Numbered from the stretch's first letter, positions 27,051 through 36,323 are shown. The stretch is DNA of 64,000 nucleotides from a virus (IMGVR_UViG_3300028624_000004:113541-177540), one strand, 5' to 3'. Notes: a model not told the origin generated them from the sequence alone. A program made the numbers and translations.

Positions 27051-27848
27051 TCAAATGTTTTTACTTTTTAGGTATTTGTCAGAGTGACTTCCAACAAGAA
27101 CCCAATTTCCAGACCTACCAGATTTTAGTGACATTTCACTTCTACATAAATGGTATTTTCTCGCCAGTTCACTTACACATCCAGATTCCTGTTCACCTGT
27201 CGCAATATTTCTAATCGTAGCTAACTTTGCGTTTTTAATAGACAATCCCTTACACAACTCTTTATCTCTCGGTATTGATGGCATTGTAACATCAATTCCG
27301 TCCTTTGTTGTCAACCGAACCATTCTCCAATCTTTCGACTTTCCTCTCGCACTCATATGCTTGTAGTTAAAATAATATTGCTTAGCCAATACCTTCATAC
27401 ATCCACTTACAATTTCATTAGTTTTAATATTTCTTATGGTGGTTATAAGCGCATTAGGGTGTGATATTCCTGCCTGTTTTCCTTTTCGGCTTATACTCCA
27501 TTTTCTTTTGGTTTCCTCATTATGTTTTCCATGGGAACCACCTTCCATTAAATTAAACCCACACCTTTTGTCTCGACACTTATATTTTTTGATATAGTAT
27601 CTTTCCATTATATCCAGTCTCTTTTTGCTATATGCCTTACATATTACTGCGAAATCAAAAGAATCAATTCCATACTTTTTTATTGCTCTGTTTAGGTGCG
27701 TTCGATTGCCTCCTAAAGAACATACGTACTCTCGTCTATAATACTGGTATGGATCTTGTGTAGTTTGTCCAAAATACTTCCTATTGTCTTTTTTCAGAGT
27801 TAGACAATAGATATAACCATATACAGGTTTTATAATGTTTTCATTCAT
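27051..27848 (-). CDS. GIY-YIG homing endonuclease
   Basis: YGYIY...KYFGQT, HLNRAIKKYG, GFNL..GG, KHNEETKRK. Confidence 0.87.
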   Translation of the reverse strand: MNENIIKPVYGYIYCLTLKKDNRKYFGQTTQDPYQYYRREYVCSLGGNRTHLNRAIKKYGIDSFDFAVICKAYSKKRLDIMERYYIKKYKCRDKRCGFNLMEGGSHGKHNEETKRKWSISRKGKQAGISHPNALITTIRNIKTNEIVSGCMKVLAKQYYFNYKHMSARGKSKDWRMVRLTTKDGIDVTMPSIPRDKELCKGLSIKNAKLATIRNIATGEQESGCVSELARKYHLCRSEMSLKSGRSGNWVLVGSHSDKYLKSKNI

Positions 27849-27852
27849 AATA

Positions 27853-27945
27853 GTTTCTCCTAATCAGAAGTAAGAACGTTGGGTTAGATCGTGGATTAGG
27901 CACAATCAGGGGGATCAATCCTTGTCCCCAACATACTTATTTATA
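27853..27945 (-). promoter_or_regulatory. Late promoter plus structured 5' leader of endonuclease gene
   Basis: TATAAATA 27938-27945; GTTGGG/CCCAAC outer stem; GATTGTG/CACGATC stem whose CCTAATC loop is complementary to GATTAGG at the SD. Confidence 0.55.
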
Positions 27946-28001
27946 CGTGAAACTGAATGTTTTTGTTATGAATCTCCAATTTTATTGGGGTGGATCGTAA
28001 C

Positions 28002-28634
28002 TCATGGCTTCACAGATTCAACCTGCGTAGCAGGAATGTCTTTTTGGTCGGCAAAATACATCTCACCCGTATTGTAATCCTTCACAAGAACCGTCTCTTG
28101 GTTAAACTCTTTAGCCAAGTCGGTTGCTATATTCTCCAGTGTCTTGGAGTCAACATAAAGAATCTCGACAGATAGCGAGTTCTCGTTGAATGTCTTTCCA
28201 CTCTTCGACTTGTAGACTCCACGGAAGAATCTTCCAATGGTCATACCACCGCCCCCACCAGAGTAGACCGTGTTTTTGATTCTACTAACGCTGGTTAAGC
28301 GGTTCAACAGGGTATTAGCCCACGCCTTTATCTTTCCAATAATGCCGGATCCTGCGGTTGCGTTGATGTCGGTTGACAGGGTTATAACTCCACCTTTTAG
28401 ACCATCAGGAATATTCTCGGCTCTTGCCTCCTTGATGACTTCGAGGACATTGTTGTTGGTGTCAATGGATATGGACTGAAGACGAAACTTGCTATAGACA
28501 CCGTTACCCATAGTATCTTCAATCAGAGTCTTTTTGTATTCTCCATTGCCGATGATGACAACGCCGTTGACCATACGGTTGAATACTTTACTAACCTTGT
28601 TTTCCAGCGATTCTTTGAAATCTTTCATTGACAT
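28002..28634 (-). CDS. Late hypothetical protein
   Basis: MSMKDFKES leader; AAGGAG RBS. Confidence 0.7.
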   Translation of the reverse strand: MSMKDFKESLENKVSKVFNRMVNGVVIIGNGEYKKTLIEDTMGNGVYSKFRLQSISIDTNNNVLEVIKEARAENIPDGLKGGVITLSTDINATAGSGIIGKIKAWANTLLNRLTSVSRIKNTVYSGGGGGMTIGRFFRGVYKSKSGKTFNENSLSVEILYVDSKTLENIATDLAKEFNQETVLVKDYNTGEMYFADQKDIPATQVESVKP

Positions 28635-28637
28635 ATG

Positions 28638-28961
28638 TTACTCCTTGGTTCTCTTAGGTCTTTCGCCCAGAGACGCACGAATGGCTGACATTTTCATGAT
28701 ACCAGAGTCAACGTCGTAGTCAAATTTCAGCCCCAGCGGCTCCTTGGAGTCACGAACATACTTAATGGGCTGTAGGAGCATCTTAACCGTGTTATTCCTC
28801 ATGCGGAAAAACATCTTGGGGTCATTTACTGGATTTTCAGATTCAAGGACCGCCTCATATTTAGAGAAGAGTGTCTCCAGTACCTTCTCAGCGACGGTAG
28901 TAACCTGTCCAACTGTGACAGTTGGTTGAAGCGTGATAGTAGCAGTAAGATGGTCTTCCAT
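28638..28961 (-). CDS. Hypothetical protein
   Basis: AAGGA RBS; CATAAATA upstream. Confidence 0.65.
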   Translation of the reverse strand: MEDHLTATITLQPTVTVGQVTTVAEKVLETLFSKYEAVLESENPVNDPKMFFRMRNNTVKMLLQPIKYVRDSKEPLGLKFDYDVDSGIMKMSAIRASLGERPKRTKE

Positions 28962-28985
28962 GTGGTCCTTATGAGTAACTTATAT

Positions 28986-29240
28986 TTATGCTCGGGCGTT
29001 GGCTTCAATCTCACCACAGACATACATGAGCATATGGACGATAGCTGAAAGTTTAACCATTTTGTACTTCTGACAGAGTTCCTTGTCTGGATCTAATGCG
29101 AGAATAGCATCGGAGCGAGTGTATAACACAGCATCACCGAAGGTGCCAGCATAGAAGTTGTCTTCATAGTGAGCATAGAAGGTGCCGGAATCAGTCTTAT
29201 CTTGTAAGACATACATATCAGCGATGGTGTTGCGGCTCAC
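28986..29240 (-). CDS. Hypothetical protein
   Basis: GTGA overlap chain. Confidence 0.6.
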   Translation of the reverse strand: MSRNTIADMYVLQDKTDSGTFYAHYEDNFYAGTFGDAVLYTRSDAILALDPDKELCQKYKMVKLSAIVHMLMYVCGEIEANARA

Positions 29241-29440
29241 TTTAGCTCCTGAATGGTCTTGACAATGCCGATTGCTTCAACAAGAACATCTCGTTGATGC
29301 TTGACAGCACGATACTCGTCTCGTAAAGTCTCAAGCTCCTTGAACATACAGAGCGGGCATATCACGGGATGCCCCGTTGGGTTCTCGTATTCAAAGTCAA
29401 GGTCATGGATGTTGCAGTGAAATTTCATGTGATTCCTCAA
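29237..29440 (-). CDS. Small Zn-binding/coiled-coil protein
   Basis: C..H...CPLC; overlap chain. Confidence 0.55.
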   Translation of the reverse strand: MRNHMKFHCNIHDLDFEYENPTGHPVICPLCMFKELETLRDEYRAVKHQRDVLVEAIGIVKTIQELK

Positions 29441-29634
29441 GCCTTCGTGACTTCGGCGTAGATATAGGTTTCTGGTACAGGACCAACGAAGTCCCTTTGG
29501 CAGTTGACGGCGCGGGCTGCTTCGATAGCCTCCTGCTCATCATCGTAAAACGAGACATCCAGAATTTCCTGACTCCGGAATCTATCGGATTCCCTGACAG
29601 TGACTTTCCAGAGTTTATCGGTGGTAATCTTCAT
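29437..29634 (-). CDS. Hypothetical early protein
   Basis: Promoter and AAGGA RBS upstream. Confidence 0.6.
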   Translation of the reverse strand: MKITTDKLWKVTVRESDRFRSQEILDVSFYDDEQEAIEAARAVNCQRDFVGPVPETYIYAEVTKA

Positions 29635-29675
29635 ATAGTTCCTTATGCTACTATCTTACAGAAAGGGAAGAGAAG

Positions 29676-29993
29676 TCAAGCACCTTTCCAGCCACCACCA
29701 TATTTCTTCTGCCAGTAGTCAGGATTCATGAACTCCTTGTGTCGCTTTACCATGGCTTCCCATTCTTTCTTCGTCATGGACGCCTCCTGAACAGCTTCAG
29801 TGGCTTCACCACACTCATCGAATACTTCACAGCCATGACAGCCCTTTGCCCAGGCACTTTCATTGCCCTGTGGGAGACTTCCCCAGCAGTCGGGGCACTT
29901 GTCGATGGTGTAGTGGCGTGTAATCGGCTTGAAATTCTTGACAGCGGCTTTCTGTGCCTTCTTCCAACGCTTATAGTATGCCGATTCGCTCAT
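29676..29993 (-). CDS. Cys-rich hypothetical protein
   Basis: MSESAYY start; CPDC...CHGC...C. Confidence 0.6.
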   Translation of the reverse strand: MSESAYYKRWKKAQKAAVKNFKPITRHYTIDKCPDCWGSLPQGNESAWAKGCHGCEVFDECGEATEAVQEASMTKKEWEAMVKRHKEFMNPDYWQKKYGGGWKGA

Positions 29994-30334
29994 GGCGTAA
30001 CCTTGCCAGCATGCTTTCGGGCAACCTTCGCAACCCACTTGAAGATGCCAGATTGAGCCAGCGCATACTCTTCGACGGTGAAGCCATCGTTGCAGCCGCC
30101 GCTCGCCCAGTTGATGCTGTCGGTTGCCTTACCATTCCATTCCTCACGGTAGTCCAGCGTAGCGATGTCGGACGACCAGTGACAGGACGAACCGAACTTA
30201 TAACTGATGCGAGTGACCTTCTTTCCCCTGCGATACACGCAGCGGAACATGGTCAGTGTGATACGGTCGTTCAGCTTCTTGGTGAATTTCTTTTCGGTCC
30301 AAGTGTCGAGAACTTCTGGTGCAGGCTTGCTCAT
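29990..30334 (-). CDS. Hypothetical early protein
   Basis: Promoter TTGACT-N15-TATGAT and AAGGA RBS. Confidence 0.65.
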   Translation of the reverse strand: MSKPAPEVLDTWTEKKFTKKLNDRITLTMFRCVYRRGKKVTRISYKFGSSCHWSSDIATLDYREEWNGKATDSINWASGGCNDGFTVEEYALAQSGIFKWVAKVARKHAGKVTP

Positions 30335-30399
30335 AGTGGTTTCCTTATAGCCCTATCATATGGACAGGGAAGAGAAGTCAAGTGTTACTTTGCGAGTAA

Positions 30400-31692
30400 T
30401 TAACGAACAGGAGCAGATGCTCCTAATACTATAACCATCCTTGGCTCACGACTCAAACGATATGCAGCGTCCCTCCTGCTTTGCTCAGCCCTAGCTTTTG
30501 ATTCGGCTTGCCGGGCGAGTGCTTGGCGACGAGAATTTTCTTTTTCGTTCTCAATTCGACTCTTTTCTTCTGGGCTATTAATTCTAGCAACATATGCATT
30601 CCAACTATTGAGTTTCTTTCTAGTCACCACAAGCGCACCATTGAATTCTTTAGTCTTATCCTCATACTCCTTATATTCCTTCATAGCATAAACATCCTTC
30701 AAGTATTCCGCCGGGAGTTGGGTAATGTTTTTCTGAATTGCATCAATGAGGAATTGAATGTTAAGATTATCGTCTTCAAAAGTTCGAGGGATATTATACA
30801 TATCATAAGGAGCAAGTGCAAGATTGATTTCTTTTATAGTAGCAAGCATAAGTGCCTTGGTATCAATAGAGAGTGCATACAGCCTATCTTGCTCTTTTTG
30901 AAATTCCTTTTCTTTTTCCTCTTGCATACGAAGAGTATCTTGTTGAATTTTCAATTCAGTTTCTTTATTCTTAATGGCAGCATCAGCTTCTTGCTGTTTC
31001 CTCTTGTTTTCGTTAATAAGAATTTGTTGGGCGGTTTGCTCCCGAATGATTTTTTCCTCTGCCTCTGCCTTGGCATAAATCTCACGAATTCTAACATCAG
31101 CTTCAGATGCACGCATTCTCTGTGTCTCTCGTTCTTTCGCTTGTTTTAGACCAGAGAGATATTCCACAATAGCATTCCTATTGGAGTCAATACACAAGGC
31201 AACACTTTCCCATTCATTACTGATATTCTTGCCCTTAAGTGACTTAACATTACAAAACTTATATGGGGTTTCTTTACTAATGAGAATTGTGTCATATGCA
31301 ATGAAAGGCAATTCATTTCCGGCAACAATGGAGTCTTTAGAAAGAGCAATTGCCTTAAATTCTTGTATATTTCCACTATCCTTGTCACCAACCCAATACT
31401 TAATGATATAGATATGGTCAAGGTTTTTGGTGAACCCAATTTCTTCAACAACCCTTCCGGGCTTCGGCATTCTCTTGCTACGAAGAGCATCTTCAAAGAG
31501 AGCAATATCCTTATCAAGATTACCAGTAGGTGTGACCAACATATAGGAACTTGGAGCAACCAATTCCACGATATCCTTTATGGCTGCTTTATTTTCCCTA
31601 TATTCGTTGATATATCTAACAATAATAAGTCCAGCAATAATACCTGCAATAGAAAAAGAAACAAGACCTATTATGTATTTGGTTTTAGTCAT
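30400..31692 (-). CDS. Membrane-anchored coiled-coil protein
   Basis: Start MTKTKY after AAGGA; N-terminal TM helix; long charged coiled coil. Confidence 0.75.
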   Translation of the reverse strand: MTKTKYIIGLVSFSIAGIIAGLIIVRYINEYRENKAAIKDIVELVAPSSYMLVTPTGNLDKDIALFEDALRSKRMPKPGRVVEEIGFTKNLDHIYIIKYWVGDKDSGNIQEFKAIALSKDSIVAGNELPFIAYDTILISKETPYKFCNVKSLKGKNISNEWESVALCIDSNRNAIVEYLSGLKQAKERETQRMRASEADVRIREIYAKAEAEEKIIREQTAQQILINENKRKQQEADAAIKNKETELKIQQDTLRMQEEKEKEFQKEQDRLYALSIDTKALMLATIKEINLALAPYDMYNIPRTFEDDNLNIQFLIDAIQKNITQLPAEYLKDVYAMKEYKEYEDKTKEFNGALVVTRKKLNSWNAYVARINSPEEKSRIENEKENSRRQALARQAESKARAEQSRRDAAYRLSREPRMVIVLGASAPVR

Positions 31693-31741
31693 TTTAATTT
31701 TCCTTATGAAGAATAATATCATACCTATCGGGGAAGAGAAG

Positions 31742-32035
31742 TCAAGGAGTCTTTTTGAAGTTTCTGTTGGTTTTCTTTTCAGCAACACTAATGAACTTAC
31801 TGAGGATGTCAAATTCTTCTTTTGTAAGATAGCTACTTTCTGTGGTAAAGTAAAGCTTCCCATGAACATTACAGGATAGAAATATTGTCCCTGATAGTAG
31901 AATCGAATCTTTGGCATTGGGGTCTATATAGGTATATCTTCTCACAATGTCAAAAGCATTTTCATAGGCTTCTATCTTGTTACGGAGTAGCTCGTTTTCA
32001 GCTTCAATGGACTTGATGTAGGCTTGGGTGGTCAC
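31742..32035 (-). CDS. Coiled-coil-leader family protein
   Basis: MTTQAYIKSIEAENELLRNKIE. Confidence 0.7.
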   Translation of the reverse strand: MTTQAYIKSIEAENELLRNKIEAYENAFDIVRRYTYIDPNAKDSILLSGTIFLSCNVHGKLYFTTESSYLTKEEFDILSKFISVAEKKTNRNFKKTP

Positions 32036-32244
32036 TTTTGTTTCATTTTCTCTATGGTTTCTTCAAGCTGCTGAATGCGGGCTTTTTGGAGGGCTATAAT
32101 CTCATCTTTGCTGTTGTCGAGTTCATCGACAACGACGGTGCCAGTTGGAAGCTGGCGAGCGCCTGGGATCTTGCCCGACTTGAAGTGATTCCAGGCGGTC
32201 TTATAGGATATAGAGTTTCTTATGGCGTATTCAGAGAGTTTCAT
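32032..32244 (-). CDS. IS607 TnpA-type MerR-like HTH fused to a short coiled coil (no resolvase domain)
   Basis: MKLSEYA...ISYKTAWNHFKSGKIPGARQLPTGTVVV. Confidence 0.72.
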   Translation of the reverse strand: MKLSEYAIRNSISYKTAWNHFKSGKIPGARQLPTGTVVVDELDNSKDEIIALQKARIQQLEETIEKMKQK

Positions 32245-32245
32245 A

Positions 32246-33262
32246 TTATTTGACTTTCACATAAAAAATATATTCTTTGTTTCTTGTATGACTTACTTTA
32301 CCGACTTTCTCACCGCTTGGATTATAGATCCCTATTTGAGCGCCAACATATCTCTTGAAGTCTTCCTCAACTACAATAACTTCTCCATATTTTGTAAGAG
32401 CCTTTACCATGTCATCTCTTGTTATATACCCCTCGTTATTGAATGACACAATCATTAGTTTACATTTTATATTGTCACATGTCTTGATAAAACTATCTAA
32501 GATATGAGTTTTGCTATTGAATCCTGATTTTCTTTCTTTACAATCAATTCTCTTATTTGCTATTCCGTAGGTTTCTGGTTTATCCCACATAACCAAGGAT
32601 TCCCACATATGATAGTTTCCGAGATATGAATGTTGGTTATAGGGCGGATCAAGATAAGCAATATCTACTTCACCTACTTTAGTTCCTATGTCAGCAGCAT
32701 CGCCAATAAAAGCCTTTCCAAGTCCATGCGGACTGACATCTACAAGATCCGGAATAGTTAGCAGTAAGTCGTTGTTGGCACGAGTAGCCCACTTCTTTAG
32801 ATACGCCATTTGGACACCACAAGTAGAATCTACACGATCTGCCGCTAACATCAACGAGGTTATAAGAATACTTTTCAGTGGTTCTGGATAGTTTTGTATT
32901 TCAATATACTCGCGAATTGAATCTACTTTCCCACCATTTTTGGGGTGAATAAATCTTGACTTTATTGAGTAATTATCGAAGAACCACCCATTCTTTGGCT
33001 CTAATGTATTTAGTGTCTTTATTTCCTTTTCAGCTTCAGCGAGATACTTATCTCTGTCGCCTTCGATATAACACTTGGCTATAGTATATGCATAGGTGTT
33101 TAGGTCATTTGCATAAACAAGAAATCCCTTCTTCTTGAAGAAATGTCCTACTCTCGAAGTTCCAGAGAATACATCAAGGAAGGATTTGTATCTATCAATT
33201 TCTTCGATGTTTTGGTATATGACATCAAGCAGTTTCTTTTTTGATCCGAGGTATTTTATCAT
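32246..33262 (-). CDS. DNA adenine methyltransferase (D12/Dam/FokI-like alpha class)
   Basis: KYLGSK, LDVFSGT, YLDPPYN. Confidence 0.92.
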   Translation of the reverse strand: MIKYLGSKKKLLDVIYQNIEEIDRYKSFLDVFSGTSRVGHFFKKKGFLVYANDLNTYAYTIAKCYIEGDRDKYLAEAEKEIKTLNTLEPKNGWFFDNYSIKSRFIHPKNGGKVDSIREYIEIQNYPEPLKSILITSLMLAADRVDSTCGVQMAYLKKWATRANNDLLLTIPDLVDVSPHGLGKAFIGDAADIGTKVGEVDIAYLDPPYNQHSYLGNYHMWESLVMWDKPETYGIANKRIDCKERKSGFNSKTHILDSFIKTCDNIKCKLMIVSFNNEGYITRDDMVKALTKYGEVIVVEEDFKRYVGAQIGIYNPSGEKVGKVSHTRNKEYIFYVKVK

Positions 33263-33905
33263 CCAATCTCCTTTATTATGTTTTTATCTATGCAATATCT
33301 AACCATACTATCAACAACAGAAACAAGATTAGATTTTAGTCTTTGTATCTCACTAGCATCGTTCATATAGTAGAAATATTTCCGTCGATCAGAGTCCAAG
33401 TTCTTATACAAAAAGGAGAGTGCTTGTGGTGGACATGCAATACATCCAAATACTGGCTTCTCATATCCCACCGGCATATAGGAAGAAATATCTCCGTGCT
33501 TCTCTATTAGTCTTTCTATCCATAAGAAATAACCTACTCGAAGTAATCTTTCAGGTCCACCATTACACTTTGATTTCTGATCAACATCTTCTACTCTAAT
33601 AGGAAGAAGGGTGTTGTCTTTATACAAAAAAGCATCTGGGCAGATTTTTGGGGGAGATTTATATTTTACAAAACTAGGAAGTCCGTCTATAGTGAACCAG
33701 TCGTTGCCAGGATGCTTCTTTTTTTACGCAAAACCTCAATAGTAGGCAACCATCCCTGGATCATGTCTCGGACTGCTTGTTCCTTAGCATCTGCCCTTTC
33801 TCTAACTGCCTTGTCGCCCGTTGAGTTAGTTGCATTATGCTGGTAATTTTCGCTCATCTTCACTATCCTTTCAGGGATATTCATATACTTCGACATAACT
33901 ACCAT
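33259..33905 (-). pseudogene. Frameshifted putative PD-(D/E)XK nuclease next to the methyltransferase
   Basis: ORFs 33687-33905 and 33259-33627 join by a -1 shift at the A7 run (33719-33725); CPDAFLY...VEDVDQK; TATAAATA 33925-33932. Confidence 0.5.
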
Positions 33906-34008
33906 AGGGGACTCTCCTATAATGTATTTATATCAGATATAAGTATATTTTAGTATATTTTATGAATAAATCAATACCCTACTTCCAGCCCACTCCCAAG
34001 TGTATCAC

Positions 34009-34224
34009 TCACTCCCCATTCCACTCATCCATTCTACATCTCCCCTGTTGCTTATAAGCCCCTCTCAGATCCTTTCCATGGACTCTAATAGACCACATAT
34101 TCTCGGGATCATAACCAGCCATAGTTGTCCCGAAAGTCAATGTATAGTGTATCAATAATCCCATGTCAAGCTTATAGTAGCATCCACCAACAGGATCGTA
34201 TAACTTACTTACCTTCAAGCCCAT
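34009..34224 (-). CDS. Small paralog-family protein (…YKQQGR..M..W.GE)
   Basis: Close paralog of 39250-39477. Confidence 0.65.
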   Translation of the reverse strand: MGLKVSKLYDPVGGCYYKLDMGLLIHYTLTFGTTMAGYDPENMWSIRVHGKDLRGAYKQQGRCRMDEWNGE

Positions 34225-34227
34225 GGT

Positions 34228-34434
34228 TCACCACCACAGGTGCGGTGCCCACTCGCCAAACAGCTTCAGTGCCTTCTGCGCCTGGGCATGTTTCTTTTTG
34301 TCGTAACCATACCAGTCGTCGCTTGCCATAAACTCGAAGCCCACAAGCATCTCTTCCAGTATCTCCTTCCACTTCTTCTCGGTCAAGTCTCCAGGGAAGC
34401 CGTTGTGAAGCTCAATGAACCTACGGAGTCGCGG
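34228..34434 (-). pseudogene. 5'-truncated paralog of 39657-40058
   Basis: PRLRRFIELHNGFPG...GFEFMASDD...KALKLFGEWAPHLWW* with no cognate start. Confidence 0.8.
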
Positions 34435-34484
34435 AGAAGTTCATTCTCAGCTTCGATGGATTTGATGTAGAGAGCGTCGGTCAC
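34383..34484 (-). CDS. Orphan coiled-coil leader module (33 aa), out of frame with downstream paralog
   Basis: GTG start; MTDALYIKSIEAENELLRDSVG...*. Confidence 0.6.
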   Translation of the reverse strand: MTDALYIKSIEAENELLRDSVGSLSFTTASLET

Positions 34485-34485
34485 T

Positions 34486-34806
34486 TTATTTTACTTCAAG
34501 TATGTCTGAAGTCTTTATAATCTCTGGACAGATGACTTCAAGAACTTCTCGGAAGGTTACTTGCGACAGATCGTAGTCCTTGGGTGGAATACATACCATC
34601 TTTATCAGTTTCTTGAACTTGTCATCTTTCCTGTCATTGGTCCATTCCCACAGGATGTAGTTGACAGTGTGCTGAAGAGCCTGCTCAGAAGACATCTTGG
34701 GGGATCGCCCCTTTTTTATCTGGTCACGATTCTTCGGGTTGGCAACCTTGTAGTTGCCATTGATGAACTCGTTATAGACTTCGTTGAAGACTTGTTCGAG
34801 GATCAT
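34486..34806 (-). CDS. Hypothetical protein coupled to methyltransferase
   Basis: ATGA overlap with MTase stop. Confidence 0.65.
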   Translation of the reverse strand: MILEQVFNEVYNEFINGNYKVANPKNRDQIKKGRSPKMSSEQALQHTVNYILWEWTNDRKDDKFKKLIKMVCIPPKDYDLSQVTFREVLEVICPEIIKTSDILEVK

Positions 34807-36239
34807 CCACGAATCCCATAGTAATCGGGGAGGAACTTGTAGATATAGTCCTGGGTCTTCTGGTCAATGCCAAAGTGCTTGAAGAGCTTCTCATCGTCCC
34901 AAGACTGAGTGAAGTCGAGCCAGGGGATGAGGGACATATTTCCAAGTGAAAGATCGCAGTTGTTTTTATATAAAGAAAGACAGAAGCGAGCGAAGAAAGT
35001 CTTGCAGTATTCGTGAAAGTTATCGCGTTCGTTTTCGTTAGGAAACTGGAAAGTTGGAATTGGATTACCAGCCCTTGTCAAGTCCAAAATACGAATACCT
35101 TTACAAGATTCATCTTGTGTATTCATTGTATAAAAATCATCTTTCACAATGGTATTAGAAACGCTATTCGCGGACATGTTGACATTTCCGCGAATAGCAG
35201 CAAACTGACAATGTTGCTTGTTTTTATCAGCTTTATCGGTTTTCCCCAAACTATAACTCCACACATCGTTTCCGCCGCTACAATCTTTCTTCATTTTTTC
35301 CACGAAAGGCTTGACGATAGTTTCCCAATCAGCACCAAACTTAGTAATGTTCCAAACATCAGCATCGAACTTCTGGTCGAAATACTCAACAGAACACTTG
35401 CCGTTATAGTCTCGGTCATAACTGATAATAACACATGGAACATAAAGACCAACATCGAAAGTCTTATTCCCATTGAACAAAGTAGCCGACTTCAGCTTAC
35501 CTTCCAGTAGCTTCTTGATCTTGATATAACGGCTATTTCCCTTGAGGTCGATCAAATAAGTCGATGGATGAACGATGAGAACATGCTTAGCGTCCAACTT
35601 CGTAATGAACAGATCAAGGAACTTGAGGTCGATGCCCTTCTTGTACGGAGGATTCCCAACCACAACATCAAACTTGATTCCACCCCAGTAGTCAAACTCC
35701 AGAGAATCGCCAACATGGTAGTTGAAGTCGTAGTCATTTTCGTTGCCCAAACGCTGCATGGTGAAGAACACATTCTTCGCCTGGAGGTCAACGAAGTACA
35801 ACATCTTCTCAATAATGTGCTTCTTGCGAGCAGCCTCGTTGGGAATCTGATCAGCCAGTGACACCATCAAACGAGCCAGCACTTCCACAAGGAAGTTACC
35901 ACCGCCGACACTGTTGTCCAGCCACTTGTAATCCTTGTGCTTCCATACATCAGCAGGAAGCTTGTCAAGCATATCACGGATAAGCTGCTTAGGAGTGAAA
36001 CACTCGCCAAACTGCTTGCGGTACATGTCACCGGGGGTCAGAATCTTGCTTACATCTTCGCCACGCTTGCGTGCCATTGATACCTCTGCTATGGGGTTAT
36101 TTATCGTTCCATTAGACATTTTATCCAGTAATCGCAAAGTAGCAACAAGTGTTTTCTTGTTACCCATATCGTAGCGACCGATAATGTCATTGACAGTAGA
36201 TCCAACGACGGTTTTGCTCAAAGATGACAGACTGGACAT
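34803..36239 (-). CDS. Gamma-class N6-adenine DNA methyltransferase (Eco57I/type IIG/ISP-like)
   Basis: FGECFTP, WLDNSVGGGNF, DVVVGNPPY; own promoter and GAGGAAAG RBS. Confidence 0.9.
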   Translation of the reverse strand: MSSLSSLSKTVVGSTVNDIIGRYDMGNKKTLVATLRLLDKMSNGTINNPIAEVSMARKRGEDVSKILTPGDMYRKQFGECFTPKQLIRDMLDKLPADVWKHKDYKWLDNSVGGGNFLVEVLARLMVSLADQIPNEAARKKHIIEKMLYFVDLQAKNVFFTMQRLGNENDYDFNYHVGDSLEFDYWGGIKFDVVVGNPPYKKGIDLKFLDLFITKLDAKHVLIVHPSTYLIDLKGNSRYIKIKKLLEGKLKSATLFNGNKTFDVGLYVPCVIISYDRDYNGKCSVEYFDQKFDADVWNITKFGADWETIVKPFVEKMKKDCSGGNDVWSYSLGKTDKADKNKQHCQFAAIRGNVNMSANSVSNTIVKDDFYTMNTQDESCKGIRILDLTRAGNPIPTFQFPNENERDNFHEYCKTFFARFCLSLYKNNCDLSLGNMSLIPWLDFTQSWDDEKLFKHFGIDQKTQDYIYKFLPDYYGIRG

Positions 36240-36323
36240 GTTTTTCTTTCCTCGGGTTATGCTATAAGTATAGGGTGTTTCTACTAACATCAAGTAGTAG
36301 CAACCCAATTACTCGTCAGTGTC

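Larger units (their letters stand above)
33980..34434. repeat. Diverged direct repeat, left copy (right-hand homologous blocks at ~38845-38872, ~39250-39465, ~39640-39873)
   Basis: Shared strings ccagcccact.ccaagtgtatcac, ctcccctgttgcttataagcccctctcag, cttcaagcccatgg.tcaccaccacaggtg, ctcaatgaacctacggagtcg. Confidence 0.8.

Noticed and set aside
27853-27930. Pistol or other self-cleaving ribozyme
   Set aside because: Loop-pairing partner order and conserved core nucleotides do not fit on either strand
30400-31917. Track start at 31917 for the 505-aa ORF
   Set aside because: Overlaps 31742-32035; a promoter and RBS support the start at 31692
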